Assembly (NCBI RefSeq): GCF_018350175.1 | Contig: NC_058368.1 | Location: 221,590,001-221,654,000 of the forward strand | Direction of reading: 5' to 3' | Source of the DNA: Felis catus | Taxonomy: Eukaryota | Length of the DNA: 64,000 nt | Shown: one piece after another, positions 24,779 through 38,717 of the stretch | How positions within the stretch are numbered: the first letter of the stretch is position 1 | Layout of the letters: each line of letters begins with the position of its first letter | Made by a program: the position numbers and the translations under genes | The notes under the pieces: generated by a model | The model's input: the letters and a program-made list of their open reading frames with translations, nothing else | What the model was told of the DNA's origin: nothing | Database searches by the model: none

Positions 24779-24781
<3 letters not shown>

Positions 24782-26009
24782 GTGTCCCCATAAAAAAGGA
24801 AATTGCACTCATTGAACCAACCATATACAACTATTTATTGTGTGTAATAGTAGGGAGCTGAGAATTCTTTTTATATTCAAATGGCATAATTCCAGTTATA
24901 TCATGGTATTTCTAGCAATTTATCACATAGAGTCCCATGGGGAAATATCACTTTTAGTCTTATCTATCATTGTTTACTTCAAAACTGTGTAGTGTATAGG
25001 TGACTATTTATAGGCAAGATGAATTACATTGCAGCTTTAATTTTTCAGGTTTACAACTCTCACTCGTGACATGGAAAATGAAAAGATTTAAAATCCATTT
25101 CAAGCATGTAACTATAATTTCATAAAATTTTATGTTCCACAATATATAATGTGTGATAAATGATGTGAAGTAGAGAAAATATTCACCAATACTGCCTTTT
25201 CGTGACTGTAAGTTTGGCTCCTTTTAAATAGGGCTGAATGATCAGGCCTGAAAGGTTCCCTTTTCTTCGTTGAAAAATGTACAAAATAGTTTACAGTGAA
25301 ATTAAAAATGAAATAAGAGAGGAAGTGCATTATTTAGAGTAAGTCAGGACAATTGAGTTTCGTTTCCAAGGCTCTCAACTTTTGAGCTATAATATATCAG
25401 AGAAATATTCTGATATCCCAAGCCCCCGGCTCCTCATTCTCTGTGCTAAGGAGAAAAGGATTATTAATGATGTCAAAAAGACAATACTTATAAAAATAAT
25501 TAGTACATTTGTATAAATTATTCAAATGGAAAATCTTAGTATAATTAGTAATAATCAAATGATCTCATTTTATTTTATTTATATTGTTCTCTCCACACAT
25601 ACCCAAGTCTGATCATAAAGCTTATGCCTACTACTTTTACTCCATGTTATTTTCCCCGTGTTCAGGGAAAGCTAATGGAGCTTGAAATTGATGGAGTCCT
25701 TTCTAATCCTGGCATCAATCTATATTCTCAGTCCCTGATGCCTTTTCGTGCTACTGACTTTTCCCTCGTTGAAGTGCTGTAACACATTTACATATGAAAT
25801 CTTGATGAAATATGGTTGATGGAATTTATCTTATCTGAAAGAATCAGAAAGCTAAGGTTTGTTTTGATCATTGTTTTGTTTTGCTTTGTTTTTTACTCTT
25901 AAATGTTTTTTAAGTTTACAGGCACATACCATTTTGGTTTATTAAACATTATAAGGTGGCTTTCTTGAGCAAAATGGCCCCCAAATAGCAGCAGATATTT
26001 TCAATGCAC

Positions 26010-26195
26010 ATAATGGAAAGAACTCTGGGCAGAGTTGGATAACCCAGTTTCTATTCTGACTTCTGTAATTAACTAGCTCTATGATATTGAGGAAATCACT
26101 TAGTCTTTCTGATTCTCAATTTCCTCATTTGTGGAATGAAATAATTAAAACCATGTTCTCCAAGGTACTTTCTAGTTTCAAAGGCCTGATTTTAC
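26010..26195 (+). mobile_element. MIR/MIR3 remnant
   Basis: tatgatattgaggaaatcacttagtctttctgattctcaatttcctcatttgtggaatg. Confidence 0.8.
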
Positions 26196-26745
26196 TCCAT
26201 GACAGGAGCTGTGTATGAAAATCATTTTTTCTTTTTTTTTTTTTAAATCTCCTTCTCAGCAATGCAAAATACGTTAACAATGTTTTTAGAATATCCGATC
26301 CCAAGTATATTTGGGTTTAATTCTTGCCTAATGATCGACAACCAGAGTGGTCAGTCTCTTTAGTCAAGGATTTATGCAATGGTCTGGACTGGCCAATTCA
26401 AGAGTCATGGTACAAATAGTTCTACAACACAAAAGATACACTTAAACCTTAGATAGGCAGCTTTTTTTTTTTTTGGTATGTGAACTGATCTATATCTGAG
26501 CTGACTATTCAAATGCCTTATTATTTTCCTTCCTATGAAGAGGACCAATAAATTCCAAGCATCATTAGCAGCAAGTGTGTGCTCAAAACCAACAAATGAC
26601 ATGCTAACTTCTCAGAGAAGGCTTCAAGATATAAAATGAGTGAAAACCTTGTTATTTCTGTGAGCATAGATAGATCATAGGAGCAAAAGTACTGAACATT
26701 TTATAAGGCAATATAAATGCAGCCTGTTTTAAACTAAAATATAAC

Positions 26746-26747
<2 letters not shown>

Positions 26748-26793
<46 letters not shown>
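26748..26793. repeat. (TG)n microsatellite
   Basis: Directly visible, perfect. Confidence 0.95.
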
Positions 26794-26797
<4 letters not shown>

Positions 26798-28128
26798 ATG
26801 TGAGAGGAATCAAAACTTGGAATTAAAGAAAAAATATGTTCCGCCCAAAGTGTTTCCCCTCCAAAAATGCTAGGGGATTGGGCTTAGGCAGCAGTTAAAT
26901 TGTAGTATCATAAAGACTCAAGCAGAGAATTTCAAAAGCATTCTGTGGATTACTACTAGTTTTCCAGTGTGTACCCATGATTCTGAATTGAAGAAGAGGA
27001 CTGGGAAGGGAGTGTGAACCATGGCCCTGCCTCATTCCTTCTATATTCTGCACAATGCATAGCTGCTAAGCTTTCATTTTAAGACATTATATGTTAAACA
27101 TAAATCCTTAGAATGGCTGGCTTAGAGAACACTGGTATGGAACACAATAAAATGAACGTATCTGTGCATTTGGTTTAAGTTTAATGAACTGTCACTCTTT
27201 GAGCTGCAGGAGCAGAGACCTTTACCAGAATGTAAGTGTCTGTATAGAATGAGACAACACATCTCATTTGACTTCCCACAGCAATTTACTTGATGAAAGC
27301 TCTTTCCTGGATCCTGAGTTCAGCATAACTAGATCAATTGCCCAGGTTTCCTTGATTCCAAAGTTAAGATTCACAGGTATTTCACTTTGACAAAACAAAA
27401 ACAAAAACAAAAAAGCATTGTTTCAAATTGTATAAAGGATGAAGAAGTAGCAATAGTAAAATCTGCTGTGCTTTTTTTTAATTTTTATTTTTAATGACTT
27501 TAGGTGAAGAAAACAGATTCTCTACTTATGTTGATCTTTGAGGACTTACGTTGGATTTGTCCCCAAATCTGTGACACTTGAATACAATCAGTATTCAATA
27601 AATGCTTATTGCATGCAAAAAGAACATGGATGGTCTTGTTTTGGATTTTTTTTTTGACTGGCAAAACCAAATTCAGAGTAGGAGATTTATGAGTTCATTC
27701 TATGAGGAAAAGTACAGACAATTTCAGTAATTGATTTGATATCAGAAAGACTCCCTCTCTCCTGTCCTTATTTTTCTCATTCTGCTTTTGTATGCCGGCT
27801 AAATTTTCTTCTATTTTCAAGACACCTTCATTATGTTGTCCAGGATACAGGGTGAGGTGGAGACTATCTTGGTAGTAGTCAGCTATTTCTTTGACTGGAA
27901 AGGCATATGTGAACATTAGCCAGACCTACGGTCTCTTCCTATGGTATGGTCAAAGGGACAAAGTGCAGTGATTAACAATATTACTAGATTAACAGGGTGA
28001 ATTTGTACAGGGTCACTTATACAAAGGAGGGAGCAGATGTATGTACTAGAAATAGTAGAGTATGGATACAGGCAGGGAAAAATTAAACAAGCAAACAAAT
28101 AAAATAATGTGTCAGAAAATTGAGGCAC

Positions 28129-28977
28129 TGTGACATAATGATTTATGAGAAATATATATTTGGCCACTCAGATGATCAAATATATACTTCTCAGATATAT
28201 ATGGTCTTCGTTCACAGTTCCTGAAAATGCTTGACAGCCGTAAAACTGTCATGGGTATCTTGTTATTAATGAAGGTGACTTTTGGACCCCACTGTGGGGA
28301 AAGGGCTGGTTGCAATGGGGGCCAACCATTTGATTAAAGGTTGACCTTCAATCCTACCCCCTGCCCTCAAGGAAGAGGAGAGGGGCTGGACACTGAATCA
28401 GTCAATGGCCTATGACTTAGTCAATCCTGACTATAAAATCAATGATAGCTCCATACAAAAACAAAAAGACTGAGTTCAGAGAGCTTCTCGGTGGGTGAAC
28501 ATGTGGAGACTGGGGAGAATGGCACCCCAAAGAAAGCATGAAATCTCTGTGCTCCTCTATGTATCTCTTTATCTGGCCCTTGATTCATAACCTTTATCAT
28601 ATCACTTAATAGACTAGTAAATGTAAATATTTCCCTGATATCTGTGAGGCACTCAAGAAAATTAAAACAACCTAAAGAGTGGACTGTTGGAACCTCTAGT
28701 CTGTAGCTGATCAGTCAGAAGCACAGGTGTCATAGCCTCAACATGGCAACTGGAGTCTGATGTGACAGGGGCGGGGGGGGGGGGGGAAGTGTTCTTATAA
28801 GACTGCGCCCTTAACCTGTGGAATCTGATGCTGTTTCTAGGTAGATAGTGTCAGAATTGAGTTGAATTCTTGGACAGCCTGTTGCTATTTGAGAATTGCT
28901 TGGACTTGTGTGTGGGGAACACTACTCTACACATTGGAATTGGGTTCAGGAATCCTAAAAGAGTTGGTGTGAGTAGA
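28129..28977 (+). mobile_element. MER21-like ERV solo LTR (about 850 bp)
   Basis: Starts with TG. Motifs ggaagaggagaggggctgga, gagttcagagagcttc...gggtgaacatgtggag, gtcagaagcacaggtg, ccttaacctgtggaatctgatgct...ggtagatagtgtcagaattgagttgaatt. Flanking direct repeat gaggcac (28122-28128 / 28976-28982). Confidence 0.88.
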
Positions 28978-29077
28978 GGCACATAACCAAGAAATCAAAA
29001 TTGTCTCTTTAATCAAGTCATGATTATTTTTTTAAAATGAAGTACTAATAATATTAGATTTCTGTAAGTACCTACAA

Positions 29078-29590
29078 GTATTAGTTTTCCATTGCTGAAT
29101 AACAAATTCCCACAAATTGAGCAGCTTAAGGCTCACAGTTCTGCAGGCAGAAATTCAGCAGAGAATAAAGGATTTCTTTGTTCAAGGCCTCACAAGATTG
29201 AAACCAAGGTGTCAGCAGGGCTATTTTTCTCTCTTGAGGGTGAGAAAATCAGCTTTCAAGCTCATTCAGACTGTTGGCAGAATTTTTCTTTGCTATTTTA
29301 GGCCTCAGGTCCCCTTTATACTGCTAGTGGGGATGTGGGACTGCCCTCAGCTCCTAAAGATTGCCCCTTTGTATCCAAGCAAGTTGGAGCATGGGTTTCT
29401 AATTTCCTCTTTTTACACCTGGAAAAGAATTCTTAAGCTTTTAAAAGTCACATGTGATTAGATCTGGCCCACCCAGCATAACATAACTATAAGAATTAAA
29501 TCCATAGTCTTCACAGTCCTGGGGAATATGCAGGGAATGTACATTAAATCTTGGGAAATATGCAATATGGCAGAATACTGACCACCCCAC
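29078..29590 (-). mobile_element. MLT1E-like LTR
   Basis: gtattagttttccattgctgaataacaaattcccacaa, ccaaggtgtcagcagggct, catgtgattagatctggcccaccc. Confidence 0.8.
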
Positions 29591-30997
29591 CATATTTTGA
29601 AGTTCAACCACAATTGATAATTAAGGCTTGATTTGTATTCAAGACTATATTTAATAAATACAAGTTTTATGATCTAAAATAATACAATGAAGTATGATTG
29701 GACCCGGATTAGTCTTAGAAATTTTGTATATAGCTTCTCTTAATCAGCAACCAATGGTATATGGAGAAAGTAGAAAATTATTAAATGCAGGGAAAGGTGA
29801 TAAGTAAACAAACCTTTTTTTTTTTTTTAGATTTTGGAAATAATGCAAGTATAAATCTGTAACATTCATGTCAGTTTTAGGAAAATGAGGTACACACACA
29901 TATACACACACAATTCTATGGATTCCATGCATTATTAGGAAAATTTAGTAACAAAGCAATTCAATATCTTCTGAAAAGCAATTAAACTTTGAGAGATTTA
30001 TTCATCATTTTAGGTCTCAGTCAATGTCAAATTAAGCATCTGCTTTTATAATTCTGAATTCCTTAAAAAAAAACTTTGACCTTTAAAAATGAAATAGCTT
30101 GAAATCGATTTATTTCACTACACATCCAATAATATATATTTGCAGAAAGCAGTCAAAACTGAGGTTCCTGCATCTGTGAGAGCTGTTTGCATTTTTCTTT
30201 TTTTTTTCTTTATATCTTTCTTTTTTATTCATTACTTTATTTTCCTTTTAAAGTCAAAGTCAGTGAAATTACTATCTCTTTGGAAGTTTCTTGGGAATCT
30301 TGTTATCCCTAGTGGGAAACAAGTGAACCCTGAGAATGATTCCTTCCTTAATATGCTTATAATGAGAGATTTTAGAGAAACATCTCTGATTAACCTGTAT
30401 TTAGAAATAAGATGCATTTTACTGCGTTTCTTACACAGAGAGTTACTGTTTCTATCTCTCATTAACACATTGCAATTTAGCATTAAGAGTACTCATTTTC
30501 ATATTATTAGGCAAAAAAATGAATATTTAATGTTACTTTATCATGCAAATAAGATAATATTTATGACACTGTTATAGGATATAAGACTGAGAGATATGAA
30601 TTCTTAACAGTAAATTTGACATGAAACTGCTTGACTCACAATACAAAGAAAGCAACCTGGTTAAGTACTTGGATTTATTTTTTTCTGCTTTTGTGATATT
30701 ATACTTTCAAAATCCATTTAAAGTAGTTATTGTAAAGTGAGGAAGGGAAATAAAAGACTTCAGTGAGGTGGCTTTGTCCTTTAACACATAAAGCAATCCC
30801 CACAGTAATGCATGCTACAGAAAATAGGTCACCTTCAAACCACCTTTGAAATAAGCAGATAATGTGATTTTCAGATTGTGTTCTTAACAGTGTTGTTTTA
30901 TAGAATGTATATCTATTTAGCCTTTTATTTATTTTGCAAAAATGTGCATGTGTGAGCACATGAAAACACATACAAATATTCTTTCTCTTTTATCTCT

Positions 30998-31000
<3 letters not shown>

Positions 31001-31061
<61 letters not shown>
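31001..31061. repeat. (TA)n(CA)n compound microsatellite
   Basis: Directly visible. Confidence 0.95.
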
Positions 31062-31879
31062 TATCTAAATATTCCCACACACATACATATGCCTATTTAT
31101 TTGGTTATTAGTTCATTGTGAGAAAGTACATGTGCTAATGACTTTTTCTCTAATGAAATGTAGTGATTCAATTAAGTTTTTAATATTATGGATTCCCATA
31201 TGCTTCAAAGAAAATTATGATATACACAATGTGCAGAACCTTAGAAAAATTTTCATTGGAATATTTTATTGATATAGTAGTAAATTATATTTTCTTTAAC
31301 ATAAATGTTGTTCACTCTTTTCTAGTTGACTATTGATTATTCCAAATACATGATTGGCACTATATTATTGAGGGGATTTCTAACTATAAATGTGGTATCA
31401 CTTTGTATTTTAAATAAAAACACAAATATAACATGCTTTTTAATTATATAGTAAATGCATATGAAAACTTCTATAGAAAAATGTGATTTGGTAGACAAGA
31501 AATTGTAAAAAGACACTGTTTTGAGTGAGTATCTTTTTTGCTATGACCCATATTGTTCCCCACTGGACTCCTGTCACCTTGATAACAAGTTGTAACTTAC
31601 GTTCTCTATTCCAGTGGCTAGTGCAATAACTAATGGGCAATCCAAAGCATTCTTGAATACAACTATTCTCATTAATATGTCCATTATAATACAGCCTGGT
31701 TTTGCTCAAACGAAGTGATGTATATTACAAAACCGATACTTGGGTAGCTTGTGGCTAATCTAATCCCCTGGCCAAAAATTCAGTGTTTGTTTGTCTTTTC
31801 CTCTTAAGAGAGACCCATTTTTGAGAGTTAAGAAAAAAAAATGACTTTACATGCATCAAATTAAAAGAGAACTGATTTA

Positions 31880-32130
31880 GTTGAAGAGCTAGACTCAGAG
31901 ATACACAGAGTTAGACTACTTGATTTGAATCTTAGCTTTGTGTCTTTCCATTTGTGTGTCTTGGGCCAACTCAGCTTCTCTGTGCCTCAATTTATGCATC
32001 TGCAAAGTGAGACTGTTAATAGTAGGGTTGTCCTTATAGGGTTATTCTAACTATTAAAGTGGCTTCAGACACATAAAACCTTTAGAAAATTGCCTGGAAA
32101 AAGTAGAAGCTTGATAGTGTTTTCTATCAT
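31880..32130 (+). mobile_element. MIR
   Basis: gatttgaatcttagc...tgtgtgtcttgggc...ttctctgtgcctcaatttatgcatctgcaaagtgaga. Confidence 0.8.
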
Positions 32131-32269
32131 TATTTTGTATCCAATTAGTTTTCCTGTATCTATGAATATAAATTAATGTAAATGGAAACAAATATCCCTA
32201 TACTGGGATCATTTGGATGTAAATGCAGATAAATGAAGGGAAATAGACATTCGGAAGTTAAATTCTCTA

Positions 32270-32420
32270 AGGTATTTTCCAAATTTTATGATGTAAGTAT
32301 TAGAACCACATTTTATATATGATGATTCTGACATCCAAAGAAACTTAGTAACTTCTACAATAACATCCAGCTAAGAAGTAATGGGTTTGGGGTTTTTAAC
32401 CCCAAATGTTTGAGGCTTGT
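32270..32420 (-). mobile_element. MIR remnant
   Basis: ttagtaacttctacaataacatccagctaagaagtaatggg. Confidence 0.55.
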
Positions 32421-34371
32421 GATCATGGATTTTAGACCATTCCATATTTTAAATCAGAGGTAATATTTGAGTCTGTCTGATTTATTACAGTTCTTAAATG
32501 CATATACAAAGAAGTTGGGATAGAACATAGAGCTTTTGAAAATTAAATTTTACATTTTGAAATATTAGAATTTCATTAGAAAGAGTTCACTTATCATATT
32601 TGTCATGCTAGCACATCACTGATTAGTTTGAGAACTAAATAAAGCTTATAAGATGTGTAACACTGTGTCCGGTATTCAGTAAAGGCTAATTACTTTTATT
32701 ATAAGTAATAATATGGAAAAATAGTAATGAGTAGCAATAAATTAGTGAATGATATCTAACTATAATAATGTGTAATTATTATTTAAAGCTCACTTTTATC
32801 TAGAATAAATCATCCTCTGAAAAATAATCACATTTGAAATCATACAGAAATTCACTTTCATTTCAAATAGAGATTCCATTACTGAACATTTGATAAGAAC
32901 AGTTTATTGTCAGGGAATGTTTTGTTACCTAAAACCTGGCTTTGTGAAAAGTGCTTTACAGCTTTGGAAATGTAGGTAAGAAATTATTTTAACCTTCTCC
33001 CATATTTTTCCCCCAAATCCAGGCACCACGCCAATGACCTCTCAAACTTCTCCAGAACTACTTATTAATATGTTGTGACACTCTCAAATGATATAATGTA
33101 ATCTGGGTGAGCTGAAGTTGTAAAATAATGACAATCTAGAAGACGAGTTAGGATACCCCTCATATGTAACCACACATGGAATATTCAAGGGGAAAAAGAA
33201 AATGAAAGAGAGCATCGGGTGAATAGCATATTTTTTTTTTCTTTAACAGGATATAAAATATATCCTAGCACATCAGATTTTGTTACTCCCAAGAATTGCA
33301 AATAGTCTTTGTTCTTCTTTGCCCTGCCTTGGCATACCTCTGGGGAGGTGCGGGCCTTTTTGAAATGCATTTCTACTTCCTTACATAGAAGGTGAAATAT
33401 TTCCAGATGATAAATAGCTTTGGGTCTGTAATCCAGGCAGGGGAGTCCTCAACTCACTTTGGGCTGTTAAAGGGAATTTCCAACCTTGTAAAGTGGTATT
33501 CCTCTTGCTCAAATGCCAGCAATCATTTGAGGAAGAACAAATGAGTCCCTTCAGGGAGTAGGATGGCATAGAATGTCAAATATTCTTGAACCTTAAGTGG
33601 CATCAGAGAGAAATTTTGCATTATAACTTATTCAGGCAGAACTATAGATCATCTTTGGGTCTAGTCTTCTTTTGTCAATAAGCAATGCCTTAAACATAAT
33701 CCAATGGCTTTGTAGCCAATGCAATGGCCTCTGTGACGGTTCTGAGAACAGAATAAGCATGAATTGGAAAGTGAGCAACTATAAAAAATGACATACGAAT
33801 ATTTTATAAGTATACCAAGAAGCATATCGAAAAAGTAGGTTTTTTTGGTTTCTTGGTGCAAAATGAAATTATTTCAACCAAAGAAACTTGCATAAAATTT
33901 TCTCCTACTAGTTTTGACTGGTTTCTCCGAGGGATCCTGTATGTAAATAAGACAGTTATAATATTATTTCAGATCACATGCACCAACTGTTGAACCATAA
34001 TATTAAAGCATTCCACAGGTTTTGTAATCATTTGAAAACTGAAAAGGAGTACCACAACCTATATGCCATTACTACACCAAAATTTACTGATGCACACCCT
34101 GTCCAAGGAGCGTTTCCCTCACATTGAGTGTGTTTATGGAGATGACTGGAAGGAGATGCCATAACTCAAGGATCTCTACATTAAGTAGGGCATACTTTTA
34201 TGCTGCTACATTTGCTCATATATATTTTGAGACTAAAGAACTATTCTAAGACAGAATAGTAAACACTTAAAGACATGTCAGGAAGTTTCGTTTTCCAGCA
34301 GACAAATTCAGACTGGAGGCTGGTTCCCTGAAAAAAGATGATTATAAGTAAATATTAACATGCATGATCCA

Positions 34372-34571
34372 GGGCACCTGGGTGGCTCAGTTGATTAAGC
34401 GTCTGACTTCGACTCATGTCATGAACTCGCGGTTTGTGGGTTCGAGCCCCGCGTGGGGCTCTGTGCTGACAGCTCAGAGCCTGAATCTTCCTTCAGATTC
34501 TGTGTCTCCCTCTCTCTCTGTTCTTCCCCGTTCTCTCTGTCTCTCAAAAATAAACATTAAAAAAATTTTAA
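34372..34571 (+). mobile_element. CAN-SINE (SINEC_Fc-like)
   Basis: TSD atgcatgatcc (34360-34370 / 34572-34582). Confidence 0.96.
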
Positions 34572-34599
34572 ATGCATGATCCTTCTAAAGTTAACAGAA

Positions 34600-34863
34600 A
34601 TTAAAGACACAAAATCCAAGTGCAGTGTTTGAAAGTTGCTTTGATCTATGCTCAAAATATAAAGAAAGAGCCAAGAAAGATATTTGAAGAGACAAGTGGG
34701 GAAAATGGAATATGGGCTGGTTGTAAGGTGGTGATAGGTATTTTAAGTAATTTTCTTAAATGAGATTTTGACATTATGATTACATAGGAAAGGGCCTTAG
34801 TTTCATGAAGTTGGTGTTTCAGTATCATGTAGGTAATTGTTTTGATGTTCACAATTTTAAAAA

Positions 34864-34901
<38 letters not shown>

Positions 34902-35010
34902 TACAGGAAATGTTAGTAATTATTTAGTCTAGATAGTGAGAATATAGGCCTTCCTTGTATCATTCTTTTAATTTTTCTGTTGGTTTGAAGTTCTTTTTAA
35001 AACAGTTTTG
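34600..35010 (+). mobile_element. Old L1M (L1ME/MC-like) 3' end with internal (TA)n
   Basis: ggggaaaatggaatatgggctgg, gaaatgttagtaatt, cttgtatcattctttt...gtttgaagtt. Confidence 0.65.
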
Positions 35011-35831
35011 GTAAAGGAAGATGATAGAGTGCCCACACATTTTCATTCCTCTCCTGAGACCGTCAGTAATCTACAATATAGGAACAAAAGTATTAATGCA
35101 TAATCTTGATGAGAATGATGTGGAGGGCAGGTTTTAAAACATTATGTGAGGTACCATAGTACCTTATGGGCGCATGGTTAATAATTTGCAAGAACATACA
35201 CCAAATCCAGTATTCGCTGAACACAAATTTTGGTTCTCAGGCAGAAACGAAATCAAAAGTTTTTTTCTTTTTTTCCAAAAATCAAAATCAAAAGTTTCTC
35301 CTTCCAACATAACTCCTATGCTCCCCGGGCCTAGTAACCACCCCCTGTCCTGGCAAATAGCAAATGAAAAGAAAATCACTGCTGGACACAGTAATAGAAA
35401 AAACATTTTCTATTTTATGTGTATTTTCAACCCAGAGAAAAAGGAGACTAAATCCCTTATTTTGTGCAGCAGTTCCTAAAATATAATCAAAGAGATGCTA
35501 GTAAACATTTAACTTTAAATTAGCTTTCTCAAACTTTTAGTCACTGGAATCCAGATTTGCTGATGCTCCGAAGCTCGTTAAAGCCTTTCTCGGCATCATA
35601 TTTTCATGCTCCATCTGAGATGACTTGGAAAACGTCAGAAAACACCACCACCACTTCCACAAAACAACTGCTCGGACAGTGCGGATTTCTACATCTAGTG
35701 TTTATAGAACTCTGTTTCCGGGAGAAATTTTAAATGTCAATACTAAAAAATAATCTTATTGAAATAGGATGCTTTAGTCAGTAAATACAGTCAGCACCTA
35801 CTCGGAAACAGCTTTGAAAAAAATAATTGGA

Positions 35832-36022
35832 GGGGCGCCTGGGGAGCTCAGTCAGTTACGTGTCTGACCCTTGCTTTCAGCTCAGGTCGGGATCTCCCGG
35901 TCTGTGAGATCGAGCCCCAGGTCAGGATCTGTACTGACAGTGCAGATCCTGCTTGGGAATCTCTCTCTCCTCTAACCCCCTGTCGGTGCTCTCTCTCGAA
36001 GTAAATAAATAAACATTTAAAA
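35832..36022 (+). mobile_element. CAN-SINE
   Basis: ggggcgcctgggg head; TSD ataattgga on both sides. Confidence 0.95.
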
Positions 36023-36318
36023 ACATAATTGGAATAAGAAACCTTTCTTGCTGCCATTTTTAAATTGCTGTAAATGAAAATAATTTCATCCTTGTGGAAT
36101 CATTAGCTTTCTGTATGTGTGTGGCTTAAAGCCCCGTGTAAAACAACATCATGTGCTTTGTCATAGTGAATTAACACAGCCCAAAGATGAGGCAAGTCAC
36201 GAAAATCTTTCTTCTGAAACCCTCCCTCCTTCTTTATGCAAATGACACTAAGAAGTAGCTTCACAGTATAAGCTAAGCCTGCATTTCATTCCTGAAAGAT
36301 TTAAGAAACAAATTCCCA

Positions 36319-36540
36319 GGGCGCCTGGGTGGCTCAGTCGGTTGAGCGTCCCACTTCGGCTCAGGTCATGATCTCGCGGTCCGTGAGTTCGAGCCCCGCG
36401 TCGGGCTCTGTGCTGACAGCTCAGAGCCTGGAGCCTGCTTCAGATTCTGTGTCTCCCTCTTTTTCCACCCCTCCGCCACTCACACTCTGTCTCTCTCTCC
36501 TTCAAAACTAAATAAAAAAAAAAAAAGAAAAAAAAGAAAA
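36319..36540 (+). mobile_element. Young CAN-SINE (SINEC_Fc-like)
   Basis: CpG-rich body, long A tail, perfect TSD aagaaacaaattcc (36303-36316 / 36541-36554). Confidence 0.97.
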
Positions 36541-36776
36541 AAGAAACAAATTCCATCTACAGAGATCAGCATCTGGAATCACTGAAGTTTCACATTTTTT
36601 GATTCATAAAAATTATGTTTTTGGTCTTGATAATTACCTCTAAAGGAGCTAAACAGAAGAACACACATACACACACATACATTCATCTTACTATTTATGA
36701 AAAAAATAGGCAATGCTCATTAAATCATTCAACTTCCTTGAATGAATAATGTGCACGTCAAAAATTATTCTGTAGA

Positions 36777-36873
36777 GGGGTACCAGCCTGGCTCAGTTGG
36801 TACAGTATGTGACTCTCAGTCTTGGGGTCCTGAGTTTGAGCCCCACATTGGAGATAGAGTTTACTTAAAAAAA
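36777..36873 (+). mobile_element. Short tRNA-derived CAN-SINE
   Basis: tggctcagttggta A box, gagtttgagcccc B box, agagtttacttaaaaaaa end. Confidence 0.85.
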
Positions 36874-37259
36874 TTTTTTTGAAGAATTTCAAGTGATACT
36901 GAAAAATAGTCATGGTATTTTGTTATTGAAAGTGTTAAAAAAAAAAGAAAGTGTTGATTTTTTTATATCATGTCATATGTGTATATAGTCAGAGAATAAT
37001 AAATATAAAAGTACATATAGATATATTTCTATATGTATACTTTTTCAGTTATATGTATTTTTATTTATAGCAATTTATATACACTGAATATAACAAAGTG
37101 TACAGATGATAAAATAAGCTATCTATCTACAATACCCACATCAGGCAGTCACTTATTTAATATTAGAAATGATGCTGGAAAAACACCTATACTTTAAGCT
37201 AGTTACTCATGTGCCATTTCAATCACCACTGAATAACTAATTTTAAATATTGCCCATCA

Positions 37260-37497
37260 GGGGTCATCTTTGTGGCTCAGTTGGGTAAGTGTCCCACTCT
37301 CGGTTTTGGCTCAGGTCATGATCTCCTGGTTCCTGAGTTCAAACCCAGCGTCGGGCTCCTTGCTGACAGTACATAGCCTACTTGGGATTCTCTGTCTCAA
37401 CCTCTCTCTCTGCCCCTCCCTCACTTGCGCTCTCTGTCTCTCTCTCTCTAAATAAATAAATTAACTTAAAAAAATAAAGACAAAAAAAGTTAAAAAA
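37260..37497 (+). mobile_element. CAN-SINE
   Basis: Head, CT tract and A tail; TSD-like atattgcccatcag / atattgcctgtcag. Confidence 0.94.
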
Positions 37498-38717
37498 TAT
37501 ATTGCCTGTCAGTGCAAGATATCTCAGGCGGTCCCCTATGAGGTATTGTCATGTAATGAACTGCTATAAAAATTCTGATCCTCTCAAGAGTTTTACATTA
37601 ATCAACTTCATTCCCAGTTCAAAGTTTTAATGTATATTCACATATTTCTTCTGAAGTTTTAACCCCTACAAAATTCAGCTTTAAATTAGAAGGGAAAAGT
37701 AGAAGAGTGAGGAAGAACAGCAACTGAATTTAATTTCGATCTTGGATAGAGCCGCAAACACATTTGCTTTTCTATTCTTGTGTCTGTTAGAAAAGAAAAC
37801 AGTTCTGATTTTAGCTAAATGTGGATTTTTTTTTTTTTGTAACTCTTCTTGGATCCCATTGTAAAAACCTTCTTAGAATGTTCACTCGCTTCCCACAATA
37901 TTACCACATATTCTTTGGAGCCATTGGCAAAATGGATGTAGTTTATAGAGTCTTTGCTTTTGCATTGAGCTTTTGCCCGGCTCATATCTTTAGATACATT
38001 TAAAAGAGAAAGCAATACCCACTGTGTTGAATATCTTTCATAGTATGGGTGAAATATGTAATTTGAAATTCCCAAGTTCAAAGTACATTTATCTACAGCT
38101 TGATTTTACACTTGAAATTTCCTCTGCTTCATAAGAGTTTGTAAAAAATTAGGAGGAAAAAATCTTCCTCCTGTCATTTATCACAGTTTTCCTTAGACTT
38201 GAGTAAAATATACAGGAACTTGAAAAAACTAAAATCATGTGCTCTCTTTCTATTTTCCATTACTTCAATTGTAACACTTGTCCATGTATCAATCCTTTGC
38301 ATATGTTATTATACAAGTATATTTTCAGAGAAAAATTTGAAATAAATACAAATTCACAGAATGAATGCATTAAGTTTAATAACATTAAATTGGAAATATG
38401 ATGCTGTTTTATTGAACTTAAAACCAGAATGTTGAGTTTAAGAGCAAAGATATAGCCACTGTTATCTTTATTTTGTGTATGTTTTGATTTTACTAATACT
38501 AATACACAGATCTTATTTGCAAAAGGATATTTATATGATTTAAGGTATTTCAAACCTTTTTTTGTGGGGTTTGAAACATTAAAAAAAAACAGAACTCATT
38601 CTTCCCCAAATTTTGCAAGAATGGTTGGCTTGTAGGCAAATTTTGAGGCACAGTCCAAATGACTGTGAACACTAAAAGAATGTTTTTCCTTTGGTTGATC
38701 CATTGACTGAAATGACC

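Noticed and set aside
28767..28786. Poly-G run (also poly-C at 17639-17651 and 46383-46402) as functional G-quadruplexes
   Set aside because: Simple homopolymer expansions in or next to repeats, with no supporting context and possible length errors.
30140..30577. 145-aa ORF, joint longest in the track
   Set aside because: Starts at TTG, has F/L/I-rich composition expected from AT-rich DNA, and shows no recognisable domain.
36777..36873. tRNA-like sequences with A and B boxes
   Set aside because: These are SINE heads with SINE-specific 3' ends and A tails; no intact cloverleaf was seen.
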